Positions 50,637-59,996 of a stretch of 64,000 bases of DNA are shown here, piece by piece (position 1 is the first letter of the stretch; every line of letters starts with the position of its first letter). Under the pieces are notes generated by a model that saw nothing but the letters and a program-made list of their open reading frames with translations, was not told the origin of the DNA and did not search any database. This stretch comes from Candidatus Latescibacterota bacterium. GTDB lineage: Bacteria; Latescibacterota; UBA2968; GCA-2709665. Where the stretch lies: assembly GCA_965203805.1 (NCBI GenBank), contig OZ241917.1, positions 4,384,001 through 4,448,000 of the forward strand, read 5' to 3'. Both the position numbers and the translations under genes were made by a program.

Positions 50637-52337
50637 TCAGACAGCGACCCGCAGGATCAGACGTGAGGGATATTCCGCCGAATGGTGGACTTCCTGGGTT
50701 GCCGCCACGAGTTTGGTATCCGCCAGATCGTTCCCGCCGGTATTGTGATTCCTGTCGTGATTCGGAAAGTCGCTGCTGGTGATTTCCAGGCGGATCCGGT
50801 GCCCGGAAAGGAACCGGCAGGCGGTGGCCGTCAATCGAATGCGATACTCCGTTACGTGTCCGGGTGTGATGAACTCCTCCTCGTCCAGCGCCAGGCGGTG
50901 CCGGGCGCGGACCATCCCGTAGGAGATCTCCATCGCGGGACCGTTCGGGACTTCGTCCACCAGGCGGGCGAAGAAATCGGTATCGGGCGCCGAGGTGGCG
51001 GCATAGAAAATGACCTCGGGATATCCCACGATTTCTACGTCGACCTCCAGGACCCGCGTGCGGTATATCAGGATATCCTGCCGGTAGTCCAGCCGTCTCC
51101 TGTCCGACGGTTCCGTATACAGACCCCTCGACCAGAGCGTGGGTACCGGATCGTTCGGATCGTACACGAACCCGTCGGGCTTCGATCCCGCGCCGGGCCC
51201 ATCCTGCAGGCGTCCGGATCCCATGGTGAGGTGTGCGTCGCCTTCGCTGTCCAGATAGTAAACTGCACGCGAGGTTCCCGGGGGAGGCCAGGTCGACGCC
51301 GTCTTCCACGCGCCCGATCCCATCACGAAGTATCGTACCGCCGGGTCCCGGTCCACCCCGTTATCCGTGCCCTTCAGCCAGCGGTCGAACCAGCGGATCA
51401 TCGCATCCTGCAGGTTCAGACTCGCCTCGGGACCGAAATCGAACGGTCCCTGGCGCCGGTTTCCGAGGCCGCTGTGGTTCCACGGGCCGACCACGAGCCG
51501 GGTCTGCGTTCTGGCGATTTCCGAACGGCCATGCTTCTGCATCAGGCCCAGGTGCGCCATCGTGCCCCCGCAATGGTCGTACCAACCGCTGAAGTCCAGG
51601 TTCGGGACCTCCACTTCGCGGTGCACCTCGTCGAACTTCCAGCACCGGCGGTTGGGATGTCGCAACCAGTCCTCGGCGTAACCCGCCATTGCATCGGGCA
51701 GATAGCGGGGGAGGTCCAGCCAAGGCATGAAATAGAGCCACCGCATATGCTCGACGTTCTCCCAGATCTCCACGGCCTCGTCCCGGTGATGCGGGCCCGG
51801 GCCGCCCGCCCGCCTGCGGATATCCGGCGCGATCGTCCCCATCCACCACTTGACGCGCCGCCCCGGGCGGAAAGACCCCCACCAGTCCACTTCAGTGTTC
51901 TCCAGCGGTATCGACCAGGCGCACATTGCGACCAGATGCGGCGGCCGCAGCTTTGCCAGCATCCACTGCATCCAGGCGTTGTACGACCCGCCGAACGTGC
52001 CGACCTTTCCGTTGCAATACGGCTGCCGCGCCAGCCACTCGACGCTCTCGTAGCCATCCTGCGCATCCGGTGTGCCGCCCTCCACGGTATACGGGATGTA
52101 CTTCCCGCCGGAAGCGTACCGCCCGCGCGAGTCCTGCGTGACCACGGCGTAACCGGACCGGACAACCCGATCGAAGCCACCCTCGGGCTTTCCGTAGGGC
52201 GTTCGCATCAGCAGACCCGGATACCGTCCGGGGGCGTCCGGCCGGAACACGTTCGCTCGAAGCGTGATCCCGTCCGACATCCCGACGGGGACGTTTTTCT
52301 CAACGACGATTTCCAGGATTTCGTTCTTCTTCGCCAT
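50637..52337 (-). CDS. CocE/NonD family hydrolase
   Basis: RTPYGK, DSRGRYASGG, GGSYNA, GWYD, GPWNH. Confidence 0.92.
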   Translation of the reverse strand: MAKKNEILEIVVEKNVPVGMSDGITLRANVFRPDAPGRYPGLLMRTPYGKPEGGFDRVVRSGYAVVTQDSRGRYASGGKYIPYTVEGGTPDAQDGYESVEWLARQPYCNGKVGTFGGSYNAWMQWMLAKLRPPHLVAMCAWSIPLENTEVDWWGSFRPGRRVKWWMGTIAPDIRRRAGGPGPHHRDEAVEIWENVEHMRWLYFMPWLDLPRYLPDAMAGYAEDWLRHPNRRCWKFDEVHREVEVPNLDFSGWYDHCGGTMAHLGLMQKHGRSEIARTQTRLVVGPWNHSGLGNRRQGPFDFGPEASLNLQDAMIRWFDRWLKGTDNGVDRDPAVRYFVMGSGAWKTASTWPPPGTSRAVYYLDSEGDAHLTMGSGRLQDGPGAGSKPDGFVYDPNDPVPTLWSRGLYTEPSDRRRLDYRQDILIYRTRVLEVDVEIVGYPEVIFYAATSAPDTDFFARLVDEVPNGPAMEISYGMVRARHRLALDEEEFITPGHVTEYRIRLTATACRFLSGHRIRLEITSSDFPNHDRNHNTGGNDLADTKLVAATQEVHHSAEYPSRLILRVAV

Positions 52338-52378
52338 TCCCGTCCTTACACTTCCATACCGTTACAGCGGTCCGAAGT

Positions 52379-53935
52379 TCAGATCCGTTCCATGATTTCC
52401 CGAAAACCGTTCAAGGCATCCAGGAATCCCGATGGACCGGGCATCGGCCAGAGGCAGAAGATCCCGTCGAAACTCCGGCACCGGAGATTGGAGAGAATCT
52501 CGACGAGTTCCGCGTTGCCCCCGCCGGGGATCGCCGGGTCGCCGCTCGCCGCGACGACGTCCCTGAATTCAACGTGCCTCACAAACCGGCGGATCGGTCC
52601 CTTGTACAGTCCCGAGTAGAACGGGCTTCCGCCCGACAGCGCGACGGCCGCCGGATCGTACGCCATTTTCACCCCGTTCGACCCAATCGCTCGCAGACTC
52701 TTTGAGATCTCCAACGGGCTGATTCCGTCGGGATTCCCCACGAGAACGTCGACGCCGTTTTCGTCGGCTGCCCGGCAGAGCCGTTGAAGCAAATCATCCA
52801 CGCCCGCGTGGTCGAGGTTGTCCGGAAGCCGGACGTGCAGGTACTCCGCATTCAATGCGGCCGCCTGCTCACAACGCTCCGCCGCAGTCACCGCAGACGC
52901 GTACGGTGCGCGCATCGCAACGGGTTCCACCCCCATCGCCGTCAGTTGTCCGTTCAGGTTCGTGGCGCCGTCGAGTTGCTTCGCATGCACTTCTACCGAC
53001 GAGATCCCCGCCCCGGCTACTTGCTCCAGCGCCCGTTCGGGGTTGGCATCAACCGCCCACAGCGGCGCGCTAAGCCTGAATTTCTCTTCCTCCATAAGGG
53101 ATTCCAGCGATTTGCCGCCATTGGCTACCGCATCGCGCCGGACCGTCGGCCGCCCCGCCGAAGCACGCGCGGTCTTCTCCCTGAATCCCACGCAATCTGC
53201 GCAATGCGGGTTCTCGTCCAGCGCAAATCCCGGATCGCGCGACATTTCGCGGCGCATCACGGCCGCCGCGCGGGGCGCGTCAATCAGGCGGCATACCGCC
53301 GGACCGACCGTACCCACGGCCATCGCGCCTTCGGCTCTGAAGAGCCGGTCGAACTTCAACACGCCGCCGCGGTGACCGCCCGGACAACGGCGAATCGACA
53401 TCGTGCGGACCTCGCCGGAGGCGTCCACGTATTGCATTTCCAGTTCGCGGAGGTACGGCAGGTCCAGCTCCGCCTCCACCGTGTGCAGCAGCGTCATCGT
53501 ATCCAGGTCGCACCCGATGTGCAGCACCATTCCGCCGAGGGTGATCAGGCGGCCATAGGGCGTTTCCGGGCCGTCGGGCACGGCGCTCTTCTCGTGATCG
53601 GAGAGGATCTCATCCGCCCTCGCACCGCACCCCGCCACCGGATGATAGGGGTGCCGGCTGCGCAGCACGCCGGGCCGCAGCCGGAACGTCTCGCTGATGG
53701 TTCCCATATCGGAAGGGATCGTGTCCGGATCGAACGTGCGTCCGTCGCGTGCCGGATGGGTGGGCATCAGCAGGGTCCCTCCGCGACCCAGGACATCGAG
53801 AAGGGCGTCGATCACCCCGTCCGCGCCGCCCGCAACGCGGCCCAGAGCGCTCAGGGACGAGTGCACGACCACCATCGCGCCCGGCTGCAATCCGAGCGCC
53901 GACAACCCGTCTGCGATTTCACGTTGCGTCAGCAT
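52379..53935 (-). CDS. AAC(3)-family N-acetyltransferase fused to a degenerate xylose-isomerase-like TIM barrel
   Basis: VHSSLSALGRVAGG, GTLLMPT, RSRHP, TLLHTVE; C-terminal YDPAA, HVEFRD, PGGGNAE. Confidence 0.8.
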   Translation of the reverse strand: MLTQREIADGLSALGLQPGAMVVVHSSLSALGRVAGGADGVIDALLDVLGRGGTLLMPTHPARDGRTFDPDTIPSDMGTISETFRLRPGVLRSRHPYHPVAGCGARADEILSDHEKSAVPDGPETPYGRLITLGGMVLHIGCDLDTMTLLHTVEAELDLPYLRELEMQYVDASGEVRTMSIRRCPGGHRGGVLKFDRLFRAEGAMAVGTVGPAVCRLIDAPRAAAVMRREMSRDPGFALDENPHCADCVGFREKTARASAGRPTVRRDAVANGGKSLESLMEEEKFRLSAPLWAVDANPERALEQVAGAGISSVEVHAKQLDGATNLNGQLTAMGVEPVAMRAPYASAVTAAERCEQAAALNAEYLHVRLPDNLDHAGVDDLLQRLCRAADENGVDVLVGNPDGISPLEISKSLRAIGSNGVKMAYDPAAVALSGGSPFYSGLYKGPIRRFVRHVEFRDVVAASGDPAIPGGGNAELVEILSNLRCRSFDGIFCLWPMPGPSGFLDALNGFREIMERI

Positions 53936-53950
53936 CGTTGCCTGGAGTTC

Positions 53951-54670
53951 CTATCGCCACTCGATCAGCGCCTTGACGTATGCGCGGCCCACCAGTCGGT
54001 GTCCTTCCCTCAGATACGGTATATGATGACCTGCCAGTATACAGTCCACGTGAAGACCCGCCAGCCGCTTCAGCGTGCGGATGTACGTGGGTTTGTCAAA
54101 TTCCTCTCCGCCCTGCCAGCCCAGTTCGGGCTGAAAGCCGGTATTTCCGCAGAACAGCACGTCGCCGGCCAGCCAGATTGTCTTTCCGGCGTGTTCGAAC
54201 CGGTAGATGACGCATCCGTTCGTGTGGCCCGGCGCGTGGATGACGTCGAAACGGAATCCGCAGGCCTCGATCGTGTCGCCGTCTTCGACCACCCGGTCCA
54301 CCTTGCAGGCCGGCAGGCGGAATCCGGCGGCATAGGGTATCGTCCGCGCGTCCGATTTCTCGATTCCCTCCGCGTCGCCCGGACCCGCGATCACGAAAGC
54401 GCCCCGCTCGCGGATCGCGGCCGCGTTGCCGATGTGATCGTAATGGCTGTGGGTCAGAAACAGGTAGTCCACTGTTTCCAGCGAGATCCCCCATACGTTC
54501 AACTGCGCCTCGGCGCGCTCCAGGTCGGCGGGCACCGAGCCCGAATCGACCACGATGGTACCTGAGTCGTTGTGCAGGACGTAGAAATTCGGGTGCTGCG
54601 CGTATGCGAACCCGTCCGCGAGATAGATATCCGGCAGAATCTGCATTTCGGCCTCCGTCGGCCTTGTCAC
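53951..54670 (-). CDS. Metallo-beta-lactamase fold hydrolase
   Basis: THSHYDHIG, PGHT, GD, AGH. Confidence 0.92.
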   Translation of the reverse strand: MTRPTEAEMQILPDIYLADGFAYAQHPNFYVLHNDSGTIVVDSGSVPADLERAEAQLNVWGISLETVDYLFLTHSHYDHIGNAAAIRERGAFVIAGPGDAEGIEKSDARTIPYAAGFRLPACKVDRVVEDGDTIEACGFRFDVIHAPGHTNGCVIYRFEHAGKTIWLAGDVLFCGNTGFQPELGWQGGEEFDKPTYIRTLKRLAGLHVDCILAGHHIPYLREGHRLVGRAYVKALIEWR

Positions 54671-54671
54671 G

Positions 54672-55547
54672 CTAAACGTCGGAAACGCCCGTGTATCCGG
54701 GGCGGATCAGCCCTCTCTGGTGGTCGCGGCAGTGCGCCAGAAAGCTTCGGTCGCTCAACAGAAAGCCGGGATCTTCAATGATACAACGGGTGCCCTCGTC
54801 AATCAGCTCCCTTGCGTTCATGACGGTCACTCTCGCATCGCCGATCTTTCCGTACTGAACCAGGCCGAGCCGCTGCATCTCGGGCTCCATCAGGAAATAA
54901 TCCCTGGGCACGTTCGGCGTGTGCACCTTCTGGACGTGGACGTGGATCCGGCCATGCTCGTCCGCCACCTCCAGGCGCGAAGGTTCGTCCGCCAGCGCAT
55001 AGGGCGCATGGCCGTATTCCTCGCAGGCGTGCATCAGCGTGCAGCTGGTCCATCCCGTGCCGAGGAACATGTAATGCGCTTCCAGTTCCCCCAGCTTTCC
55101 CCATGCCGTGTCCCGCCCGCAAGGCGTAAAACAGCGAACGGCGCCCTCGGCGAGGTACTCCGCCTGGCGTCCGATCGCGCACATCGGATTGCTGGAGTCC
55201 AGGCAACGCACGGCTCCCGGATGATGTCGAAACACCTCGGTGATCCTGCCCATCCTGGAAGGGGAGCGGCGAACGTCGAAGGCGGGGGACCCGGCGGTGC
55301 GGGCGTATTCCCAGTGCCATCCGTTGAAATGACACGTGTGTACCGCAATCGTGCCCCGTGGCCCGACGGCCTCCAGGAACGCGTCGATCACCGTTTCGGC
55401 GCCGCCTTCCACGTATCCCATACTGCTTAGGGAATTGTGAAAGAACACCGCATCGCCTGGATTCACACCCAGATTCCGAAGGCCTTCGACAATGTCGCGC
55501 TTTCGAACGACCGTTTTCCCTTCCGGCGACCAGGGTTTCTTTGCCAT
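54672..55547 (-). CDS. AAC(3)-family N-acetyltransferase
   Basis: FHNSLSSMGYVEGG, MGRITEVFR, CTLMHACEE. Confidence 0.88.
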   Translation of the reverse strand: MAKKPWSPEGKTVVRKRDIVEGLRNLGVNPGDAVFFHNSLSSMGYVEGGAETVIDAFLEAVGPRGTIAVHTCHFNGWHWEYARTAGSPAFDVRRSPSRMGRITEVFRHHPGAVRCLDSSNPMCAIGRQAEYLAEGAVRCFTPCGRDTAWGKLGELEAHYMFLGTGWTSCTLMHACEEYGHAPYALADEPSRLEVADEHGRIHVHVQKVHTPNVPRDYFLMEPEMQRLGLVQYGKIGDARVTVMNARELIDEGTRCIIEDPGFLLSDRSFLAHCRDHQRGLIRPGYTGVSDV

Positions 55548-55626
55548 CAATGGAGTCTCCTTGCAAAATAGCGATGCCTGGTGAGACACAAAAAGGACGA
55601 GAGCAGGCGCCTCCGTCGGCAGGCCA

Positions 55627-56214
55627 TCAGCGGTATGGGGCGAGAGACGGATGGTCCAGTACGGAGGCGAGCCACGTCCAGCCCTCGGCGCACCGGTCGT
55701 AGGTTTCGATCGGGACAAAGCCGAAGTCCAGGTACAGGTTGATCGCCCTCGCGGTGTTGGTCTGCGTGGTCAGATAGGCGCGATCGTGGAAGTCCGCGAT
55801 CCGGCAAAGGGACGCTGCCAAAAGCGGTTTGGCGAGACCGCGGCCCTGATACTCGGGACGGATGGCGACCCAGTGGATGCGGCCGTAGTCCCTGCCGTTG
55901 AACGCGTCGTTGTACCAGGCGGTACACGTGCCGATCACCTCACCCTTCGGATCCTCCAGATACAGACACCGGGCCTCCATCCGGTCCCGGCCCGGCCCGA
56001 ACTCGCTCTCGAAGTACTCCAGCGCCTTGTCCACGGAATCGAACGACGCCACGGCGATTTCGATTTCCGCCCAGAGGCGGTCTTCGCCGGCCCTGTAATA
56101 GCGGAGCCGGTATCCCTCAGGAAGCGGAAATGACGGGAGGTCCGTCAGGTCATCCCTGACCATGACCACCGGAATGTGCTTCTGCTTCCTTTCCCAGTGC
56201 CTGTCGATTCTCAC
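55627..56214 (-). CDS. GNAT N-acetyltransferase
   Basis: HWVAIRPEYQGRGLAK, AINLYLDFGF. Confidence 0.9.
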   Translation of the reverse strand: MRIDRHWERKQKHIPVVMVRDDLTDLPSFPLPEGYRLRYYRAGEDRLWAEIEIAVASFDSVDKALEYFESEFGPGRDRMEARCLYLEDPKGEVIGTCTAWYNDAFNGRDYGRIHWVAIRPEYQGRGLAKPLLAASLCRIADFHDRAYLTTQTNTARAINLYLDFGFVPIETYDRCAEGWTWLASVLDHPSLAPYR

Positions 56215-56270
56215 AGCGCCTGCCTCCGTTCCACATTCGCCGGGGCACGCCCGCTACGCGTGTGGACGCG

Positions 56271-58451
56271 CTAGATAACGGCCGTCCCGGCTTCCGTTAC
56301 TGCGTATGACCGGCCCTCGCCGAGTACCGTACTCCACCGTTCGCCGTCGTGCTGCTCGAGGGCGAGCCTGATCCGGCCTGCGGACGGCTCGCCGAGCACG
56401 AAAATCGTCTCCGGTCGTTGCGGAAGCACCGGTCCCCGGACGGGCGCGGCGCCCTCTTCGCCTGTTGGCGCCAGGACCATCCACGGCGACCCTCCCGGGT
56501 CCGCATACCAGAGGGTGATCAGCGAATCGCCGGCGCACTGTTGCACGACGCAACCCTCACCGTCAGGCAGAATCGCCCACAGGACGTCGAGTGACGTTTC
56601 GCCATCCATCACGAATTGGTAGCGGAGGTCCGCCTGGTCCATCGCGTCCAGGTCTTCGGGCGGAATGTTGTAGCCGGACAGGTACGTCCTCCAATAGGGG
56701 TCGACCGGCTGTGGGACCCGCTCGAACGCTGCTGCGCGGGAAGACGCCTGAAAAAGCCGGCAGGACTGCCCGGAAGGCGTCCGCAGCAGGAGCGAGCCGT
56801 CCGGATCGATCCGGGTGTCGACCTCATGCCCTGTGTGAAAATGGGCCTCCACGTGACGCGGCGCAAGGCCGGTGAACCGGACGCGGTCCAGAATGAATGC
56901 GGCGTGGAAGTCTCTCGCGTGCATTACGGTCCGTTCGAACGAGGTCAGCCCCGGCACGTCCGGATATGCTCCCGCCGCCTCGCACCGCGCGGCCGAATAA
57001 ACGTCGTCCTCACCGCAAAACACCCCCGTCATCCCGCCGCCCGAGTCGGGTCCGTCCGACTGTCCTGCGCCGTCGAACGTGAGGGTGTTCTTCAACGCGG
57101 TGTCAAATCGAAAGTACCCCGACGGCCTGAAGAAATAGTGCCCTTTGGCAAAGAACGTGAAACTCGCACGGTCTTCATAGTGGGCGTGTTTGTTCTGCGT
57201 AATGGTCTGTAACGGAAGCCCCGTATCCCGCCCGGCCTGCGCCAGCGGACCCCCGGGGACCGTACACTCGAAGCTCAGGACGGAGGCGCTCTCGTCACAC
57301 TCGAAGCTCAGGACGGAGGCGCTCTCGTCGAACCCCGTGCGGGAGAAGAACTGACCCAGCGACGGGAAAAACGCTGCTGCCGGCAAACCGTCCGGAGGTT
57401 CCGCCTCAACGCCGGGATCGTACCACAAGAAGCTCCAGCCGTGGTCGTGGTAGTCTTTCAGAAACGTGCGCGACGTCTCCCGCTCCGCCTGCCACTGCGC
57501 CAGCCCGTCATTGAACTCGGTCGCGAGTTTGCACAGCTGAAATGCCACGACCCCGCCGGTCTCCCCGTGGTACCGGCCGCTGGGCGTCGAATCGTCCAGA
57601 AACACGTACGATCCGTCGGGCAGCAGGTGGTACGCACGCCAGCGGGCCAGCGACTTCAGCCATTCGATATCGAACGCGTCTTCACCGAACACCCGCTTCC
57701 GGCCCTCCAGGTAGAACAGCATCGGCCCAAGCGCGTAATTCAGAGGGGCCACGCCCTCGTTCCATGCGCCGTCGTCACCCTGTATGGAGATGATCCGGTC
57801 GACCTCCTTTTCAACCGTGGATAACCACGCTTCCGCTTCCGGTGCGTACGGTAACAACGCCAGGCAGCCGATGCCCGCGCCGAAGACCGGCACCCAGCAG
57901 TCGTGGTAGTGGTATCGCCGGCTCCAGCCCGCCTCGCCAGTATCCATGTGCCGGACCATGCGTCCGGTCTCGACCTGCAAAACCTCGACTGCGCGCCGAA
58001 TTAAGGGTTCCGGTAGAACCCGCGCGAACAGGTCCAGGCCATAGGCCAGCGCCATAACGTGGAATGCGACCAGGTAGGAACCCTTGACCTGATCGTCGTC
58101 CGCACCGCCGACCTCGACCCATCGCGCCAGCCAGCGTTCGGCCAGCCCGCGCCACCGCCCGTCTCCGGTGACCTGCCAGGCGATGCCGCAGTTTACCACC
58201 AGAGAAAAGCAGATCTCGAGGATATCGCTGTATTCGGGTTCCTCCAGGTCCCAGAGCGTAGCTGGCGGTTCGTGGGCTATCCGGCGACCCAGGTCTTCGA
58301 CCAAGGCGCGAAAGAACCGGGCGTGCGACGACGCGCTGCGGTTGCGCAGGTCATCCAGTTCGCAGTCAGCCAGAATCAACCGCGGCGCTGCGGGATCGAC
58401 CATTGAGGAACCCATTTCCGATAGCCGGGATGGAGCCGGATGGCCCACCAT
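56271..58451 (-). CDS. Heparinase II/III-like polysaccharide lyase fold protein
   Basis: DGAWNEG..Y, H.H.D..SF, NTLTFDG.GQ, FILD. Confidence 0.72.
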   Translation of the reverse strand: MVGHPAPSRLSEMGSSMVDPAAPRLILADCELDDLRNRSASSHARFFRALVEDLGRRIAHEPPATLWDLEEPEYSDILEICFSLVVNCGIAWQVTGDGRWRGLAERWLARWVEVGGADDDQVKGSYLVAFHVMALAYGLDLFARVLPEPLIRRAVEVLQVETGRMVRHMDTGEAGWSRRYHYHDCWVPVFGAGIGCLALLPYAPEAEAWLSTVEKEVDRIISIQGDDGAWNEGVAPLNYALGPMLFYLEGRKRVFGEDAFDIEWLKSLARWRAYHLLPDGSYVFLDDSTPSGRYHGETGGVVAFQLCKLATEFNDGLAQWQAERETSRTFLKDYHDHGWSFLWYDPGVEAEPPDGLPAAAFFPSLGQFFSRTGFDESASVLSFECDESASVLSFECTVPGGPLAQAGRDTGLPLQTITQNKHAHYEDRASFTFFAKGHYFFRPSGYFRFDTALKNTLTFDGAGQSDGPDSGGGMTGVFCGEDDVYSAARCEAAGAYPDVPGLTSFERTVMHARDFHAAFILDRVRFTGLAPRHVEAHFHTGHEVDTRIDPDGSLLLRTPSGQSCRLFQASSRAAAFERVPQPVDPYWRTYLSGYNIPPEDLDAMDQADLRYQFVMDGETSLDVLWAILPDGEGCVVQQCAGDSLITLWYADPGGSPWMVLAPTGEEGAAPVRGPVLPQRPETIFVLGEPSAGRIRLALEQHDGERWSTVLGEGRSYAVTEAGTAVI
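57264..57329. repeat. Perfect 33-bp in-frame tandem duplication
   Basis: ACACTCGAAGCTCAGGACGGAGGCGCTCTCGTC twice, giving DESASVLSFEC twice. Confidence 0.95.
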
Positions 58452-58827
58452 GTGGCAATTTCGAAAGTGCTAGGGATCTACCTGCGACGCGCGGTCCAGA
58501 GTCTTGCCGGCCGCACGGCGAACGTCCGCTCGAATATCGTACAGATCCCAACGTGCCCTGGCGTTACAAAACCCCTCATCCCAAGTCTAAACCATACCGG
58601 GAGGGATTGCAAGTCCCATCGTGTACGGAGTGAAGGGCGACGCCTGAATCCGGACAGGTGGCAGGCCGTGGTGAATGACAGAAAATCTGACATCCTGCCC
58701 GGTTTGAATTCAGCATCGACAGCCAATAATCAGTTGTGATTGGATCAGAAAAGCACTTCCACGAACCCGCCGCGGCCGTGCGCGACCTCGACATCCCGAA
58801 AATCAAAAAAGACACCCCTTTTTTCTC

Positions 58828-58867
58828 TTGACAAAATTCGTTGCCTGATATTATCATATATTATAAT
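58828..58867 (+). promoter_or_regulatory. Sigma70-type promoter with possible operator
   Basis: TTGACA-18 nt-TATCAT; ATATTAT direct repeat at 58848 and 58858; TATAAT at 58862. Confidence 0.6.
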
Positions 58868-59153
58868 CGCTATTTTTAGATGCCTGCTTAATTAGGGCGG
58901 GTATCGAAACGGCATCGCGAGGGCTTTCTCTGTGGGAGGGGCACCGTCTTGCCGTATCCACGATTATCGGTCCTCCCCCCGCGATTGCGGATGCCCGTTT
59001 CCGGTGTCGCCGAACGGGTTGCTCTGGCAACGCCGGGAGTATCGCAGGGGGAGTCGGTGACAGGTTGAGCCAAAGTTTCGAAAACGGACCCGGTCTCGCG
59101 GGAATTCAGGCGGCATTCGCGCGGCTTTGTCCATCTTTTAAGGAGGGCAGTCT

Positions 59154-59900
59154 ATGGGCACATGGAGGGTTTTGGCTGTTGCCGGGCTTCTGGTGTCGCT
59201 TCTCGCACCGGATTCCGGCGCACGGGAGTTCGACCGGATCGGCGGGCGGATGCTGTTGGGCTACAACCTGCCCGTGATGGGGCTTCGGACGAACTGGTAC
59301 ACACAGGCCGTACGTTGGGGCGGCAGCGTTGTTTACAACCGGAATATCAACAACGCGATCGAGTTCGAGTATCACCGGCTCGAATACAATGACGGCAAGA
59401 TCGAGAATCAGACGTTCACCTGGAACGAAGACTCGAAAGATTATTTGAGTCCCGAGTCGGACGCCAGTATGCGGATCAACAGCGTGTTGTGCAATATGGT
59501 TTTCCGGCTAGGTGACAAATCCCGCCTGTTCTATAACCAGGCGACGTCCCCGTACGTGGTCGCCGGCGGCGGGTTTCACAGCTACAGCAATCGCGTCAGC
59601 GGGCTGATTTATCCTGGGCAGAAGGGCATCGCCGTCGAGGGCTCCGAGGAGAATATGCTGGACCCGAGCGTGGTCCTCGAACCCGTGGTGGAGAGCCGGT
59701 GGGCGCTTGGGGCCCATTTCGGGTTCGGTGTCGAGCGGTTCATGTCCAACAACTTTTCACTGGATTTCCGGGTTCAGCACAATTTCCTGGTTGGGACGCT
59801 CGGTCCGCGGGAGGCCTGGGGCATCAAGGGCGTGATGCCGCTGCTGCAGATGCTGGATCTGGAGGTGGCCGTTAAATTCTACGAATCGGGTGTAAAGTAG
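59154..59900 (+). CDS. Outer-membrane beta-barrel protein
   Basis: AAGGAGG RBS, signal peptide, SPYVVAGGG, FGFGVERF, terminal VKFY. Confidence 0.75.
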   Translation: MGTWRVLAVAGLLVSLLAPDSGAREFDRIGGRMLLGYNLPVMGLRTNWYTQAVRWGGSVVYNRNINNAIEFEYHRLEYNDGKIENQTFTWNEDSKDYLSPESDASMRINSVLCNMVFRLGDKSRLFYNQATSPYVVAGGGFHSYSNRVSGLIYPGQKGIAVEGSEENMLDPSVVLEPVVESRWALGAHFGFGVERFMSNNFSLDFRVQHNFLVGTLGPREAWGIKGVMPLLQMLDLEVAVKFYESGVK

Positions 59901-59996
59901 CGTGCCTCCCGTGCCCGGGAAAGGAGGAGGGCCGATCCGAATCGGGCACGAAAGGCCGAAGATAACCAGTCGGACAATACAAACGGAGGTTCGGTA

